53,421 bases of DNA from Catajapyx aquilonaris (lineage: Eukaryota): the NCBI GenBank assembly GCA_000934665.2, contig JYFJ02002638.1:1-53421 (forward strand), given 5' to 3'. Each line of letters begins with the position of its first letter. Position 1 is the first letter of the stretch. Under the pieces are notes generated by a model. The model worked only from the letters and a program-made list of their open reading frames with translations. It did no database searches and had not been told where the DNA came from. A program made the translations under genes and the position numbers. This document shows positions 22,506-33,885 of the stretch, piece by piece.

Positions 22506-24012
22506 ATGGAAAACCAAAACGGATCTGTGGCAGTGCCAGAAATAACTAACGAATTATTGGAGGAAGCAGTGAGGTCAGAAAAAGGAACCGACGATGTGAC
22601 AGTTATTGCCTTTAAGTCCAAGGCAGGATCTAAAAAGGGTGATAATTACCAAAGGTATGTACATAAATCTTATATTTTAATGTACAATTTGTTGTTAAAT
22701 TACTGCACTTATGTGATTATCAGTACTATTGAATGATGTGCCCTTTTCTTGGCTATACGTACTGTACATGGTCATTTGGCAAAAAGATTATATACGTAAA
22801 GATAACTACAGTATGAATGAATTTCAACAAAAATCCAAATGACATTTTTTGACAACATAAATATTTTAACTTCACATTTTCCTCAGTATCATCACTGCAG
22901 TTGAGGTTCAAGTCAGGGTCAAAGGTAAGGTCGAGACTTGCCACTACATAGTGAAGCAGATGCCAAATGATCCAACAAGAAGGAAATGGCTGGAACAAGT
23001 AAACACTTTCGGAAGGGAAATGCAAGTGTACGCCATCATCATCCCGGCCCTGGAGGACGTTCAGAAGCAGTTCAAACCGAAGAATCCAGTGACAATAAAG
23101 GCGCCTAAAATGTATTCGTCACTGAAACAAACAGAGTTTCTGGTATTTGATAACTTGGTCCAGGAAGGTTACAAGATGGGCAATAAGTACACCGGGTTGG
23201 ACTATGACCATTGCCGATTGGCCATGAAAGAGTTGGCCAAATTCCATGCACTGTCCTACGCCCTCAAGAAGCAGGTTAAGGATTTAGAGCAACAATATCC
23301 AGCATTGGTAGAAAACATGTTCACAACAGACGGCGAGAAAATGGTTGGACCTTTCTTTGATACTGCTTATGATATGGCCATCAAAGCTGTGGCCGCTGAT
23401 GATTCTGATCTGGCAGAAAGGATGAAGAAACTGGTTGGAAATGTGTACCAAACATGCGCGGACATCCGGTTCGACACTGAAGGCTTGGAGGTCATATGCC
23501 ACGGAGACTTCTGGGTGAACAATATGATGTTCAAATACGAGAAGAAAGGTGATGCCGAAGTTCCAGTGGCTGTGAAGGTGCTGGACTTTCAAATGATCCG
23601 CGTCGCATCTCCTACTCTGGACCTCCTGTACTTCTTTTACTGCAGTACAACCCTGGACTTGCGCCAAAAGCACATGAATGACCTTCTCAAGTTATACCAT
23701 GACACCTTATGTGACACGATCCATTCAATGGGGTTAGACTGGCCGGAACTCACCTTCCAGCGACTTTCTGATAAGTTTGAGAAGGACAAGTTGTTTGGGT
23801 ACTTTTTTGCTTGCTTAGCTCTGCCCTTCATGGTGGCACGTCCTGAAGAGAGTTTCAGTATGGAGGATATACCAGAAATGGATCTGAATGAAATGTCTGA
23901 AGGATTCGCGAAGCAGATGGAGGAAAGTATGTCCAAGCTGAAAGGCAACAATGATTTTCTGGAGCGTCTGAAAGGTATTGCAATCGATGTGCAAGAATCC
24001 GGCCTTATTTAA
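22506..24012 (+). CDS. EcKL kinase copy 9; exons 22506-22654 and 22887-24012
   Basis: Splicing the 232-bp GTATGT...TTTTCCTCAG intron (22655-22886, phase 2) restores GDNYQ-S-IITAVEVQVRVKG in frame with the 22951-24012 ORF; HGDFWVNN, DFQ. Confidence 0.92.
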
Positions 24013-25018
24013 CCTGTAATATTTCTCAACTTTATATTCATAAAATGCAAGTACGTAATTGCGGAGTTTTTATGTGTAAATAATTTGCATGTGTACAAAT
24101 ATTTCAAGCCTGAATAATACAGATTATTGGAATATAAATATCCTGAAAGATTGGCCATCATGGCAATGCTGGCGATGATTGCAATTCTAGTAGCAGTACT
24201 GTAACATTGGCTACTGTATCTAATAAAGAGCACATTATTTTACATGCAAATGTTTCCCTGCCTTGTATCAGCATATGCCGTTACTTTTGAATGGCTACCT
24301 TCCGTAATTAATTATCAGTATAATTATTTAGATTGCGCTTCACGTCCACATGGTTTACATGTTATTGATACAAATATTGTTCTAAGAGGGCATTTCAAAT
24401 AGAAAATTAATTGCAATTCAGAACTTAAACAGGCGATTCAATTTGGACTAATATTAGCAGCCCATAATTTAAGTAACAACATACTGAAAGTAACAACTTC
24501 AAAGTAACTGTTCAGAAACAAGCAGGTTAGAACAAAAAATTCGGTAACTAAAACGAACATTTCAATAGGAACCTATTTAATTTTTTAAATTCACAACTTT
24601 TATGCCATAATAATATCAGGATTACGTACGATTAATGTACCAAAATTGATTAACCCGTTCTCGTTTGATTACAGCTTTATAAGGTGTGTGCATTATCACT
24701 GTATTGTAAATAGGTTGTAAGTACAGTCCTGTTCGTTTTTATTTATTACGCCGTTTAGGCTACACGTTGTGATAATCTACGTACCTTCATTAGCAATTTA
24801 CGCAACTTATCAGTTACATAATAATAAAAAACATTTCACTTACTATTGGCTAGAAGCTATCTCACGATTGTGCACTTGTTGTTCAACCTTGCACAGTGCC
24901 TACGTTACCTACATCTAGGATATTGCTCCTGATTAATATCCCTGTTGAGTACTGCATACTGCACGTATACTATCGCATTACCAAAACGTGTGTAAGAAGT
25001 GAGAGCCAATACACCAAG

Positions 25019-26293
25019 ATGGAGAACCACAACAACAGTAACGGTGAGGCAAATCAGAAGATAACAAAGGAGCTACTGAAGGAGGCAGTGCAGGCAGAGA
25101 AAGGAGTGAAGGATGTGGAGATAATTGACTTTACGACAAAGCCTGGTTCGAAAAAGGGTGATAACTACACCAGCATCATCACCGCTGTTGAGGTTCAAGC
25201 CAGGGTCAAAGGTGAGGTCGAAACGTGCCATTACATTGTGAAGGAGATGCCGACTGATCCAGGACGTAAGAAGTTCTTGGAGCAGGGAAACATATTCCGG
25301 AGGGAAATGGAAGTGTATACCACCATCATTCCTGCCATGGAGGATGCTCAGAAGCAGTTCAAGTCAAAGAATCCAGTGACCTTAGAGGCGCCAAAGATGT
25401 ATTCGTCGCTGAAGCAAACGGAGTTTCTGGTCTTTGAGAACTTGGTTCAGCAAGGGTACAAACTGGGCAACAAGTTCACAGGATTAGACAACGACCATTG
25501 CCGAGTTGTCATGAAGGAATTGGGCAAATTCCATGCTCTTTCTTACGTCCTCAAACTGACCACCAAAAAACAGCTTGAGGAAGAATATCCTGCGCTAGAA
25601 GAGCACGCGATGTTTACAAAAGAAGCAAACGAAATGTTCGGACCTGTCTTTGATAGCTCATACGATCTGGCCATCAAAACAGTAGCAACAGTCGATGCTC
25701 CTCTGGCTGAGAAGATGAAGTCTCTGGCTGGTAAAGTTCATCAAATATGTGAACAAATCCGGTTCAACACTGAAGGCTTGGAGGTCATAAACCACGGAGA
25801 CTGTTGGGTCAACAACATGATGTTCAAGTACGACAAATCAGATATTCCAACTGGCGTCAAGTTCTTGGACTTCCAAATAATTCGAGTCGCAGCCCCTACA
25901 TTGGACCTCCTGTACTTCTTCTACTGCAGTACGACCTGGGAATTGCGCAAAAATTACCTGCAGGACCTGCTTAAATTGTATCACGATACCTTCTGCGACA
26001 CCATCCACTCCATGGGTATCGAGTGGCCTGAGTTCACATTCCAACGTCTTTGCGACAAGTTCGAGAAGGACAGGCTGTTCGGATTCTTCTTTGCTTGCTT
26101 GGCCTTGCCGTTTATGGTGGCACGTCCTGAAGAGAGCTTCAGTATGGAGGACTTGCCTGACCAAGAAAGCGCCATGGCTGAAGGATTCGCCAAGCAGATG
26201 GAGGAAAGTGTAGCAAAGATGAAGGGAAATGACTTCTTTCTTGAACGACTCAGAGGTACTGCTTTGGACATTCAGGAAGCAGGGTTGATTTAA
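25019..26293 (+). CDS. EcKL kinase copy 10
   Basis: ATG 25019 (MENHNNS); GDNY, HGDCWVNN, DFQ. Confidence 0.95.
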   Translation: MENHNNSNGEANQKITKELLKEAVQAEKGVKDVEIIDFTTKPGSKKGDNYTSIITAVEVQARVKGEVETCHYIVKEMPTDPGRKKFLEQGNIFRREMEVYTTIIPAMEDAQKQFKSKNPVTLEAPKMYSSLKQTEFLVFENLVQQGYKLGNKFTGLDNDHCRVVMKELGKFHALSYVLKLTTKKQLEEEYPALEEHAMFTKEANEMFGPVFDSSYDLAIKTVATVDAPLAEKMKSLAGKVHQICEQIRFNTEGLEVINHGDCWVNNMMFKYDKSDIPTGVKFLDFQIIRVAAPTLDLLYFFYCSTTWELRKNYLQDLLKLYHDTFCDTIHSMGIEWPEFTFQRLCDKFEKDRLFGFFFACLALPFMVARPEESFSMEDLPDQESAMAEGFAKQMEESVAKMKGNDFFLERLRGTALDIQEAGLI

Positions 26294-27101
26294 CAATACC
26301 AGGAAAATAGTTTTATGTAAAAGTTTCAGTCAAGTTGTATTTTGAAACAGGCGAATATTTTCAGTGTAGTGTGTAGAGTGAATAAAAAATATTAATGAAC
26401 TATAAATATAATACAGCGCAGTACAAACAGTGAGAGAATGTTGCTAAAATAATTTTGTATTACCTGGGATGGTTCTATGCATTTATGTGCAAAGTGGTAT
26501 TCATATCACGCGCAATGCAATTGCATAATTTTATGCACGCTATGAAATACGCAGATATACAGGTACTGCCAAGGCCGGAAGATCCTCATTCGAGAGTCTG
26601 ACGACAGCATCATTATACTGCACTGGTGAAGTAAACAAGGTATGTAATGAAAAGTTACTCAAAAGTAAGCATAACTTTATATCAATAATAGTGAAAACAT
26701 TTGTTTAGTGCATTGACCCTTTATATTGAACTGTCAATAGTTGCTTAAGTTGTGATAACTAGCCAACCCGTTTTGTGATAAACCACTGCTTAATCGGAGA
26801 CAAATAAAGCAATCTATATCTTACTCAAGAATTATATTAGTGGTAAAGTTTGGCCTATTTACCCTTTGTCACACATTGCTTACAAGCGGGACCCTAATTG
26901 GAATCTTGAAATTTATCGCTCAAAAAATAATGAAACCAATTAGCACTTCAGCAAAATGAAATATCTAGTACACACAACAATAATACAATATCTCGCAGTA
27001 AGGAGATACACGTTGTTTGTACAGATCAAAGGTTTGGGTGCAAGTAAACTTGGGCCAGAATCTCAGTTCAACTTGCTGCTTTCTAGACTACAGACGTGAA
27101 G

Positions 27102-28367
27102 ATGGGTGACCAAAATGGTGCTACAGAAAGACCGGAAATAACCAAAGAGCTGCTGGAAGAAGCAGTGAGGGCAGAGAAAGGAACGGACAACGTGGAGGTT
27201 CTGGACTTTACCACTAAAGCAGGCTCCAACAAAGGAGACAACTACCTAAGCATCATCACCGCAGTTGAAGTTCGAGCCAGGGTCAAAGGTCAGGTCGAAA
27301 CGTGCCACTACATAGTGAAGGAGAAGCCAGAAGATCCAGCCAGGAAGAAGTTCCTGGAGTTGTCCGACATGTTTGGAAAAGAAATGAAAGTGTACGCCCA
27401 TATCATTCCGGCTCTGGAGGATGTGCAGAAGGAGTTCAAGCCGAAGAACCTGGTGAAGGTGGAGGCGCCTAAGATGTACTCATCTCTGAAGCAGACTCAA
27501 TTCCTGGTGTTTGAGAACTTGGCTCAGCAGGGGTACAAAATGGGCAATAAGTACACAGGTCTGGACCAAAATCATTGCCGAATTGTAATGACAGAATTGG
27601 CCAAATTCCACGCCCTTTCCTACGCTCTAAAGATGACCACCAAACGACCTTTGGAAGAGCAGTACCCGTACTTGCAAGACTGCATGTTCTCCGGTGACGG
27701 TGAAGCAGTGTTTAGCCCATACTTCGAGAGCTCGTACGACCTGGCAATCAAGGTGGTTGAAGACTCTGATGCTGCCATGGCCAAGAAGATGAAAACGCTC
27801 CTAGGCGATGTTTACCAGAGATGCAAGAAGATCCGATACAACACCGAGGGCTTGGAGGTCATATGTCACGGAGACTGTTGGGTCAACAACATCCTCTTCA
27901 AGTACGACAACAGCCGTCCAGTAGCAGCGAAGCTCCTGGACTTCCAAATCAGCCGTGAAGCATCCCCTACATTGGACCTCCTCTACTTCTTCTTCGGCAG
28001 CACCACCATGGAGTTACGAAGAGCACATCTGAATGACCTCCTGAAGCATTACCACCACACATTCACCGACACCATCAACTCCTTGGGCATCAAGTGGCCT
28101 GAGTTCACCTTTGAGCGCCTTCGAGACAAGTACGACAAAGACAGGCTGATTGGATTCTTCTTCGGTTGTATGGTCCTTCCTTTTATGATGGCACGACCTG
28201 AAGAAAGCTTCAGTATGGAGGACGTACCGGATGCGGAGGTGAGCGAATTGTCTGGAGGATTTACGAAGCAGATGGAAGAAAGCCTGGAGAAAATGAAGGG
28301 TAATCATCACTTCGTTGATCGTTTGAAAGGTATTGTTTTGGATGTGGAAGAAGCAGGCTGGATTTAA
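27102..28367 (+). CDS. EcKL kinase copy 11
   Basis: ATG 27102 (MGDQNG); GDNY, HGDCWVNN, DFQ. Confidence 0.95.
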   Translation: MGDQNGATERPEITKELLEEAVRAEKGTDNVEVLDFTTKAGSNKGDNYLSIITAVEVRARVKGQVETCHYIVKEKPEDPARKKFLELSDMFGKEMKVYAHIIPALEDVQKEFKPKNLVKVEAPKMYSSLKQTQFLVFENLAQQGYKMGNKYTGLDQNHCRIVMTELAKFHALSYALKMTTKRPLEEQYPYLQDCMFSGDGEAVFSPYFESSYDLAIKVVEDSDAAMAKKMKTLLGDVYQRCKKIRYNTEGLEVICHGDCWVNNILFKYDNSRPVAAKLLDFQISREASPTLDLLYFFFGSTTMELRRAHLNDLLKHYHHTFTDTINSLGIKWPEFTFERLRDKYDKDRLIGFFFGCMVLPFMMARPEESFSMEDVPDAEVSELSGGFTKQMEESLEKMKGNHHFVDRLKGIVLDVEEAGWI

Positions 28368-28650
28368 ATGTCGAATCAGTTAATAATAACATGGCCATTG
28401 AATATCATATTATCAATTTATGTCTGATTTGATTATGTTGCGAATGAATTTAGGATAAAAACATTGCTGTGTATGTACAAGGTGGAATGATCATCTATGT
28501 TGTAAATTAAGTAATAAAGGAATGCATAAAGAAAATAAACTGATTATATTGGAATTGGTGTGTAATTTGTCATTTTGCTATTGACTGTGTAATGATTTTA
28601 TTTTGATCATAATTTCATGGAGAGTGGCTAGATTACTGGATGGAGAATCT

Positions 28651-28765
28651 ACGCATGCGCTAAATTTCTGAATTCACTTGAACGTAAGCGACAGCATAAA
28701 CACCATTTGCCATTTGAGGAGCAGATAACACAGGAGACAGTACACAAAATAGGCCAGAGGTAAGC
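28651..28765 (+). promoter_or_regulatory. Putative promoter/first exon of copy 12 (donor at 28760)
   Basis: ACGCATGCGC...CACTTGAACGT motif also seen at 31605, 33702 and 35649; CAGAG|GTAAGC donor; branch-like CTAAC and acceptor ttcctttgcag at 29171. Confidence 0.5.
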
Positions 28766-29177
28766 TTTAAACAAGTAAGTGAGAAATACTAGTGGCAGTG
28801 TTACAAGATACTCTATAGTGCAAGAATTTCTAGTTAACACAGTCAGGACTCAGGAGGTTTTACAATGGAGTGATGTGATGTGTAATAAACATCGCAGCTT
28901 GACTGATGCCTTATGTAATACCCTATCGATAAAAAGAGTAAGGCACAGCTATTCCTGCAAAATTCCGTAATTTGTGTACTGTGTGTAGGAATCTCGCCTA
29001 AATTGTATGGATTTACACCAAATTAATGTCATCAGGTCTTATAAATGAAAATTAGTTAATAGTAATATGAGTCATGCACCATTGAAGTACAAAACATTGA
29101 GGAGGTTCTGCGGTGTTTTCCATCAAGAATAAAATTTCATCGCCATGACAGCTAACGCTGTTCCTTTGCAGGAAAAT

Positions 29178-30443
29178 ATGGAAATACCTGAGACCACAAT
29201 AACTAAGGAGCTAATGGAGGAAGCAGTGAAGCTAGAAAAAGGAACGGACGATGTGGTAATTCTGGATTTCCAGACCAAGGCAGGTTCTAAAAAGGGGGAC
29301 AATTACACCAGCATCATCACAGCAGCTGAGGTCAAGGCCAAGGTCAGAGGTGAGATTGAAACTTGCCATTACATAGTGAAAGAGCTGCCTGCAGATCCAA
29401 CCAGGAGGAAGTTTATGGAACATGGGAACATCTTCGAAATGGAGAGAGATATGTATGGCACCATCATGCCTGCTCTGATGGACGTGCAGAAACAACACGG
29501 GGTGAAGAATCCAATGAGTGTAGATGCTCCCAAAATGTATTCATCAACCAAAAACACCGACTGGATTGTATTTGAAAACCTGACGATTCAGGGGTACAAG
29601 TTGGCCAACAAGTACACCGGGTTGGACTACGACCACTGTCGAGTAGCCCTGAAGGCATTAGGCATGTTCCACGCTCTCTCGTACGCTCTTAGGCGAAACA
29701 CAAAGCAGCATCTCGAGGAAGCGTATCCTTGGTTGGAAGACAAGATGTTTGGTAAAGCAGGGGAAGAAATGTTCCGAGAATTTGTAAACAATTCCTACGA
29801 CATGGCCATCAAAACTGTCGGAACGGTCGACTCTGCCCTGGCAGAGAAGATGAAACCACTGAGAGGAGAAATATACCAAAAATGCAAGGACATTCGGTAC
29901 AACAGCGAAGGCTTAGAGGTCATATGTCACGGAGACTTCTGGGTGAACAACATGATGTTCAAGTACGAGAAGAAACGTGATATCGAAGTTCCAGTGGCTG
30001 TAAAGATGCTGGATTTTCAAATCTGCCGAGTAGCTTCTCCTACCATGGACCTCCAGTACTTCCTAAACACCAGCACGACTCGTGAGACACGCCAGCACCA
30101 CTTGAGTGACCTCCTGAAATTCTACCACGACACATTCACCAGCACTCTTCATTCAATGGGAATAGAGTTTGAGGAATTTACTTACCAGCGTCTGTGCGAC
30201 AAGTACGAAAAGGATCGTCTCTTCGGATATTATTATGCCGGTTGCTTCGTACTTCCTTTTATGATGGCCAGCCCGGATGAAAGCTTCAGCATGGAGGACT
30301 TGCCGGACGTGGATGTTAGTGGAATGTCCGATGCATTCACTGACCAGATGGAAAAGAGCTTATCCAAAATGAAGGACAAGCACGAGTTTCTGGATCGCCT
30401 CAAGGGGATAGTATTGGATCTTGAAGAGGCCGGGTTCCTGTAA
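29178..30443 (+). CDS. EcKL kinase copy 12
   Basis: Start probably ATG 29178, since the in-frame ATG at 29145 lies in the predicted intron; HGDFWVNN, DFQ. Confidence 0.93.
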   Translation: MEIPETTITKELMEEAVKLEKGTDDVVILDFQTKAGSKKGDNYTSIITAAEVKAKVRGEIETCHYIVKELPADPTRRKFMEHGNIFEMERDMYGTIMPALMDVQKQHGVKNPMSVDAPKMYSSTKNTDWIVFENLTIQGYKLANKYTGLDYDHCRVALKALGMFHALSYALRRNTKQHLEEAYPWLEDKMFGKAGEEMFREFVNNSYDMAIKTVGTVDSALAEKMKPLRGEIYQKCKDIRYNSEGLEVICHGDFWVNNMMFKYEKKRDIEVPVAVKMLDFQICRVASPTMDLQYFLNTSTTRETRQHHLSDLLKFYHDTFTSTLHSMGIEFEEFTYQRLCDKYEKDRLFGYYYAGCFVLPFMMASPDESFSMEDLPDVDVSGMSDAFTDQMEKSLSKMKDKHEFLDRLKGIVLDLEEAGFL

Positions 30444-31841
30444 TGTAATTAAATATATTTTTAAAACCATTGTATCAGACATGAAGTAAATTCAATCCAT
30501 CACAAATAGGTGAAATAGTATAAATACTCATAGCATTGTCCAAATAAAATAATAAATGCTTCCACATATTTACGATAATATTTAATCTACTTTTTTCCTT
30601 ATTCTTTTACTCCACTTCTGGCCAGTTTACTATAAGTCATGTGGACAATGTGGTATTACTTTATTGTCGCATACTGATACTTGAAAAGAGAAAATTAAGC
30701 CTGTACTATGACGGGGAAGGCGGACTGAGATGACCTTCAACTCAACATGAAAAAATTCCAGCAACTCCAACATGGAAAAAGTACGTAATTGCCTAAAGTT
30801 TTATTGTAATTATTATTAAATTCCAATTTGACATCTTTCTGAATTAAAGGTTAAGGCCGAGATAAAGTCAATTTTTCAGATAGCCGTATCTTCTATGTGA
30901 ATTGACCCTCGAAGTATTAAGGTAATTCTGCAATTGAATTAAAAATGACAAATGACAATATTTATAACTAGACGCCATATCAAATTAATTAATGAAGCTC
31001 GACGAACTTAATTTGATTGTACATTTTGCTTACGTACCGGTATTTCCTACGCTGACAATGGAAACAGTTTTCTGCTATTTCCTCCACTATTTTCCATTAT
31101 TTCAGTACTCACACCTCACCACACCACGTCTTGCTGTCAACCCGTGAACGCGAATAAAATAGGCGNCCCCCCCCCCCATACACCGGACTCATTTCACTTC
31201 ACCCCTCCCAAGTGCCCAATCTTGCCCTGTTTTACTACAAGTTGCACACTTATACAATAATATTCATCAACTCACCCTTGTATGTTACAACTGCTGCCAA
31301 CAATATCATGGGAAAAAGCAGGAAAAAGACATGCTCATTGTATTTATTTTATGCCAATATTTTTCATGACGCTCTCACATCTAATGTTACGGCCCACGGG
31401 GGAGAGATAATGTAGGCCTACGTTCTAATTATTGTTCCGAAAAATTATATCTACAATAATTATGGAGCACTACATCAGGACAATAATTGTTTTAAACACG
31501 CACTCAGGTTTGCAATTAGTATTTTTGCTATTGACTGTGTAATGGTTTAATTTTGATCATAATTTATTTCATGGAGACTGGCAAGGTTACTGGATGGAGA
31601 AACTACGCATGCGCTAAATTTTTGAATGCACTTGAGCGTGGAAGCAACAGCAAAAACACCATTTGCCATTGGAGGAGCGGATAACAAGGCGACAGCACAC
31701 ATGATAGGCATGATGTAAGCTTTAAACAAGCAAGTGCAAAATACTATAGTGGCAGTGATTACACGATACTCTATAGTGCAAGAATTTCAGCCAGAGGCTT
31801 CGGTAATGCGATAAGCGAAAACCTGTTACTTTTCAAAAAAA

Positions 31842-33134
31842 ATGGGTGATTCCAACAAGGAAGATGTACCTGAGACCACAATAACTAAGGAGCTACTGAA
31901 GGAAGCAGTGAGGCTAGAGAAAGGGACAGACGAAGTGGTAATCCTGGACTTCAAGACCAAGGCAGGTTCTAAAAAGGGGGACAACTACACCAGCATCATC
32001 ACCGCAGCTGAGGTCAAAGCCAAGGTCAGGGGTGAGATTGAAACTTGCCATTACATAGTGAAAGAGCTGCCTGCAGATCCAACCAGGAGGAAGTGGTTGG
32101 AACATGGGAACATCTTCGAAATGGAGAGAGATATGTATGGCACCATCATGCCTGCTCTGATGGACGTGCAGAAACAACACGGGGTGAAGAATCCAATGAG
32201 TGTAGATGCTCCCAAAATGTATTCATCAACCAAAAACACCGACTGGATTGTATTTGAAAACCTGACGATTCAGGGGTACAAGCTGGCCAACAGGTACACC
32301 GGATTGGACTACGACCACTGTCGAGTAGCCCTGAAGGCATTAGGCATGTTCCACGCTCTCTCGTACGCTCTTAGGCGAAACACAAATCAGCATCTCGAGG
32401 AAGCGTATCCTTGGTTGGAAGACAAGATTTTTGGAAAAGCAGGGGAAGAAATGTTTCGAGAATTTGTAAGCAATTCCTACGACATGACCATCAAAACTGT
32501 CGGAATGGTCGACTCTGCCCTGGCAGAGAAGATGAAACCACTGAGGGGCAATATACCGGTATATCAAAAGTGCAGGGACATTCGGTACAACACCGAAGGC
32601 CTGGAGGTCATATGCCACGGAGACTTCTGGGTGAACAACATGATGTTCAAGTACGAGAAGAAAGGTGATGTCGAAGTTCCCGTGGCTGTAAAGATGGTGG
32701 ACTTTCAATTCAGCCGAGTTGCTTCTCCTACCATGGACCTCCAGTACTTCTTCAACATCAGCACGACTCGTGAGACACGCCAGAAGCACTTGAGTGACCT
32801 CCTGAAATTCTACCACGACACATTCACCAACACCCTTCATTCAATGGGACTGGAATTTGAGGAATTTACGTACCAGCGTCTTTGCGACAAGTACGAAAAG
32901 GATCGTCTCTTCGGATATTATTATGTCGGTTGCTTCACCCTTCCTTTTTTGATGACCAGCCCTAATGAAAGCTTCAGCATGGAGGACTTGCCGGATGTGG
33001 ATGTTAGTGGAATGTCCGATGCATTCACTGACCAGATGGAAAAGTGCTTCTCCAAAATGAAGGACAGCAAGCACCCGTTTCTGGATCGTCTCAAGGGGAT
33101 AGTGTTGGATCTTGAAGAGGCTGGGTTCCTGTAA
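31842..33134 (+). CDS. EcKL kinase copy 13
   Basis: 430-aa ORF; close paralog of copy 12. Confidence 0.95.
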   Translation: MGDSNKEDVPETTITKELLKEAVRLEKGTDEVVILDFKTKAGSKKGDNYTSIITAAEVKAKVRGEIETCHYIVKELPADPTRRKWLEHGNIFEMERDMYGTIMPALMDVQKQHGVKNPMSVDAPKMYSSTKNTDWIVFENLTIQGYKLANRYTGLDYDHCRVALKALGMFHALSYALRRNTNQHLEEAYPWLEDKIFGKAGEEMFREFVSNSYDMTIKTVGMVDSALAEKMKPLRGNIPVYQKCRDIRYNTEGLEVICHGDFWVNNMMFKYEKKGDVEVPVAVKMVDFQFSRVASPTMDLQYFFNISTTRETRQKHLSDLLKFYHDTFTNTLHSMGLEFEEFTYQRLCDKYEKDRLFGYYYVGCFTLPFLMTSPNESFSMEDLPDVDVSGMSDAFTDQMEKCFSKMKDSKHPFLDRLKGIVLDLEEAGFL

Positions 33135-33688
33135 TGCACGAGTGTTTAAATGGATTTAAAAAAACCATTGTATCAGGCTTGAAGTAAATTCAATCCACAA
33201 ATAGGTGAAATAGCATAAGTAGTCATGACCATGTCCAAATAAAATAAAACAATGTTTCCACAGATTTACGCTAATATAATTTGCAGGTCAGTGTAACTTA
33301 CTTTTTTTCCTATTCTTTACTCCACTTCTGCCCAGTTTATATATTCACGAGGACAATGTGGAATTACTTTATTGTCGCATACTGATACTAGAAAAGAGAA
33401 AACTAAGCCTGTATACCATCACGGTGAAGGCCAAGGCCCGTTATGTCATCGTGACTGAAATGACCTTCAACTCAACACGAAAGAAATTCCGGCATCTCCA
33501 ACATGCAAAAAGTACATGAATCATAACATGACCGTAATTGCCTAGAATTTTATTGCATTATTAAATACCAATGTACTCGTAAAATATGTTGCAATGTTTC
33601 TGAATTAAAGGTAAGGCCGAGGTAAAGTATATTTTTTTTCAAATAGGCGTATCTTCCACTTGAATTGACCCTTGAAGTATTAAGGTAT

Positions 33689-33798
33689 TGACCTTGACAC
33701 CACGCATGCGCAGGAATTATGAGTCCACTTGAACGTCAGTATCAGTTCACCTTCTGACGAACAGATATCACGCCAGAGAGCAGGCAAGTTAGGTATGA
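33689..33798 (+). promoter_or_regulatory. Putative promoter/first exon of copy 14 (intron 33793-33878)
   Basis: TGACCTTGA, ACGCATGCGC, Inr-like TCAGT, GTTAG|GTATGA; homologous to 35636-35750. Confidence 0.55.
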
Positions 33799-33885
33799 AT
33801 TTAAGAAAAAATTGAAGTTTATGAATTTGTATTTGTTGAGTTTGTACGACCAGTTAATAAATTTTTATTTATTTGCAGCAAAACA

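Noticed and set aside
22488..24012. Copy 9 as a split pseudogene
   Set aside because: A canonical GT-AG intron restores a full-length in-frame protein with intact motifs.
31165..31177. Ambiguous base n followed by a poly-C run
   Set aside because: Most likely sequencing or assembly uncertainty at a homopolymer; no structure could be inferred.
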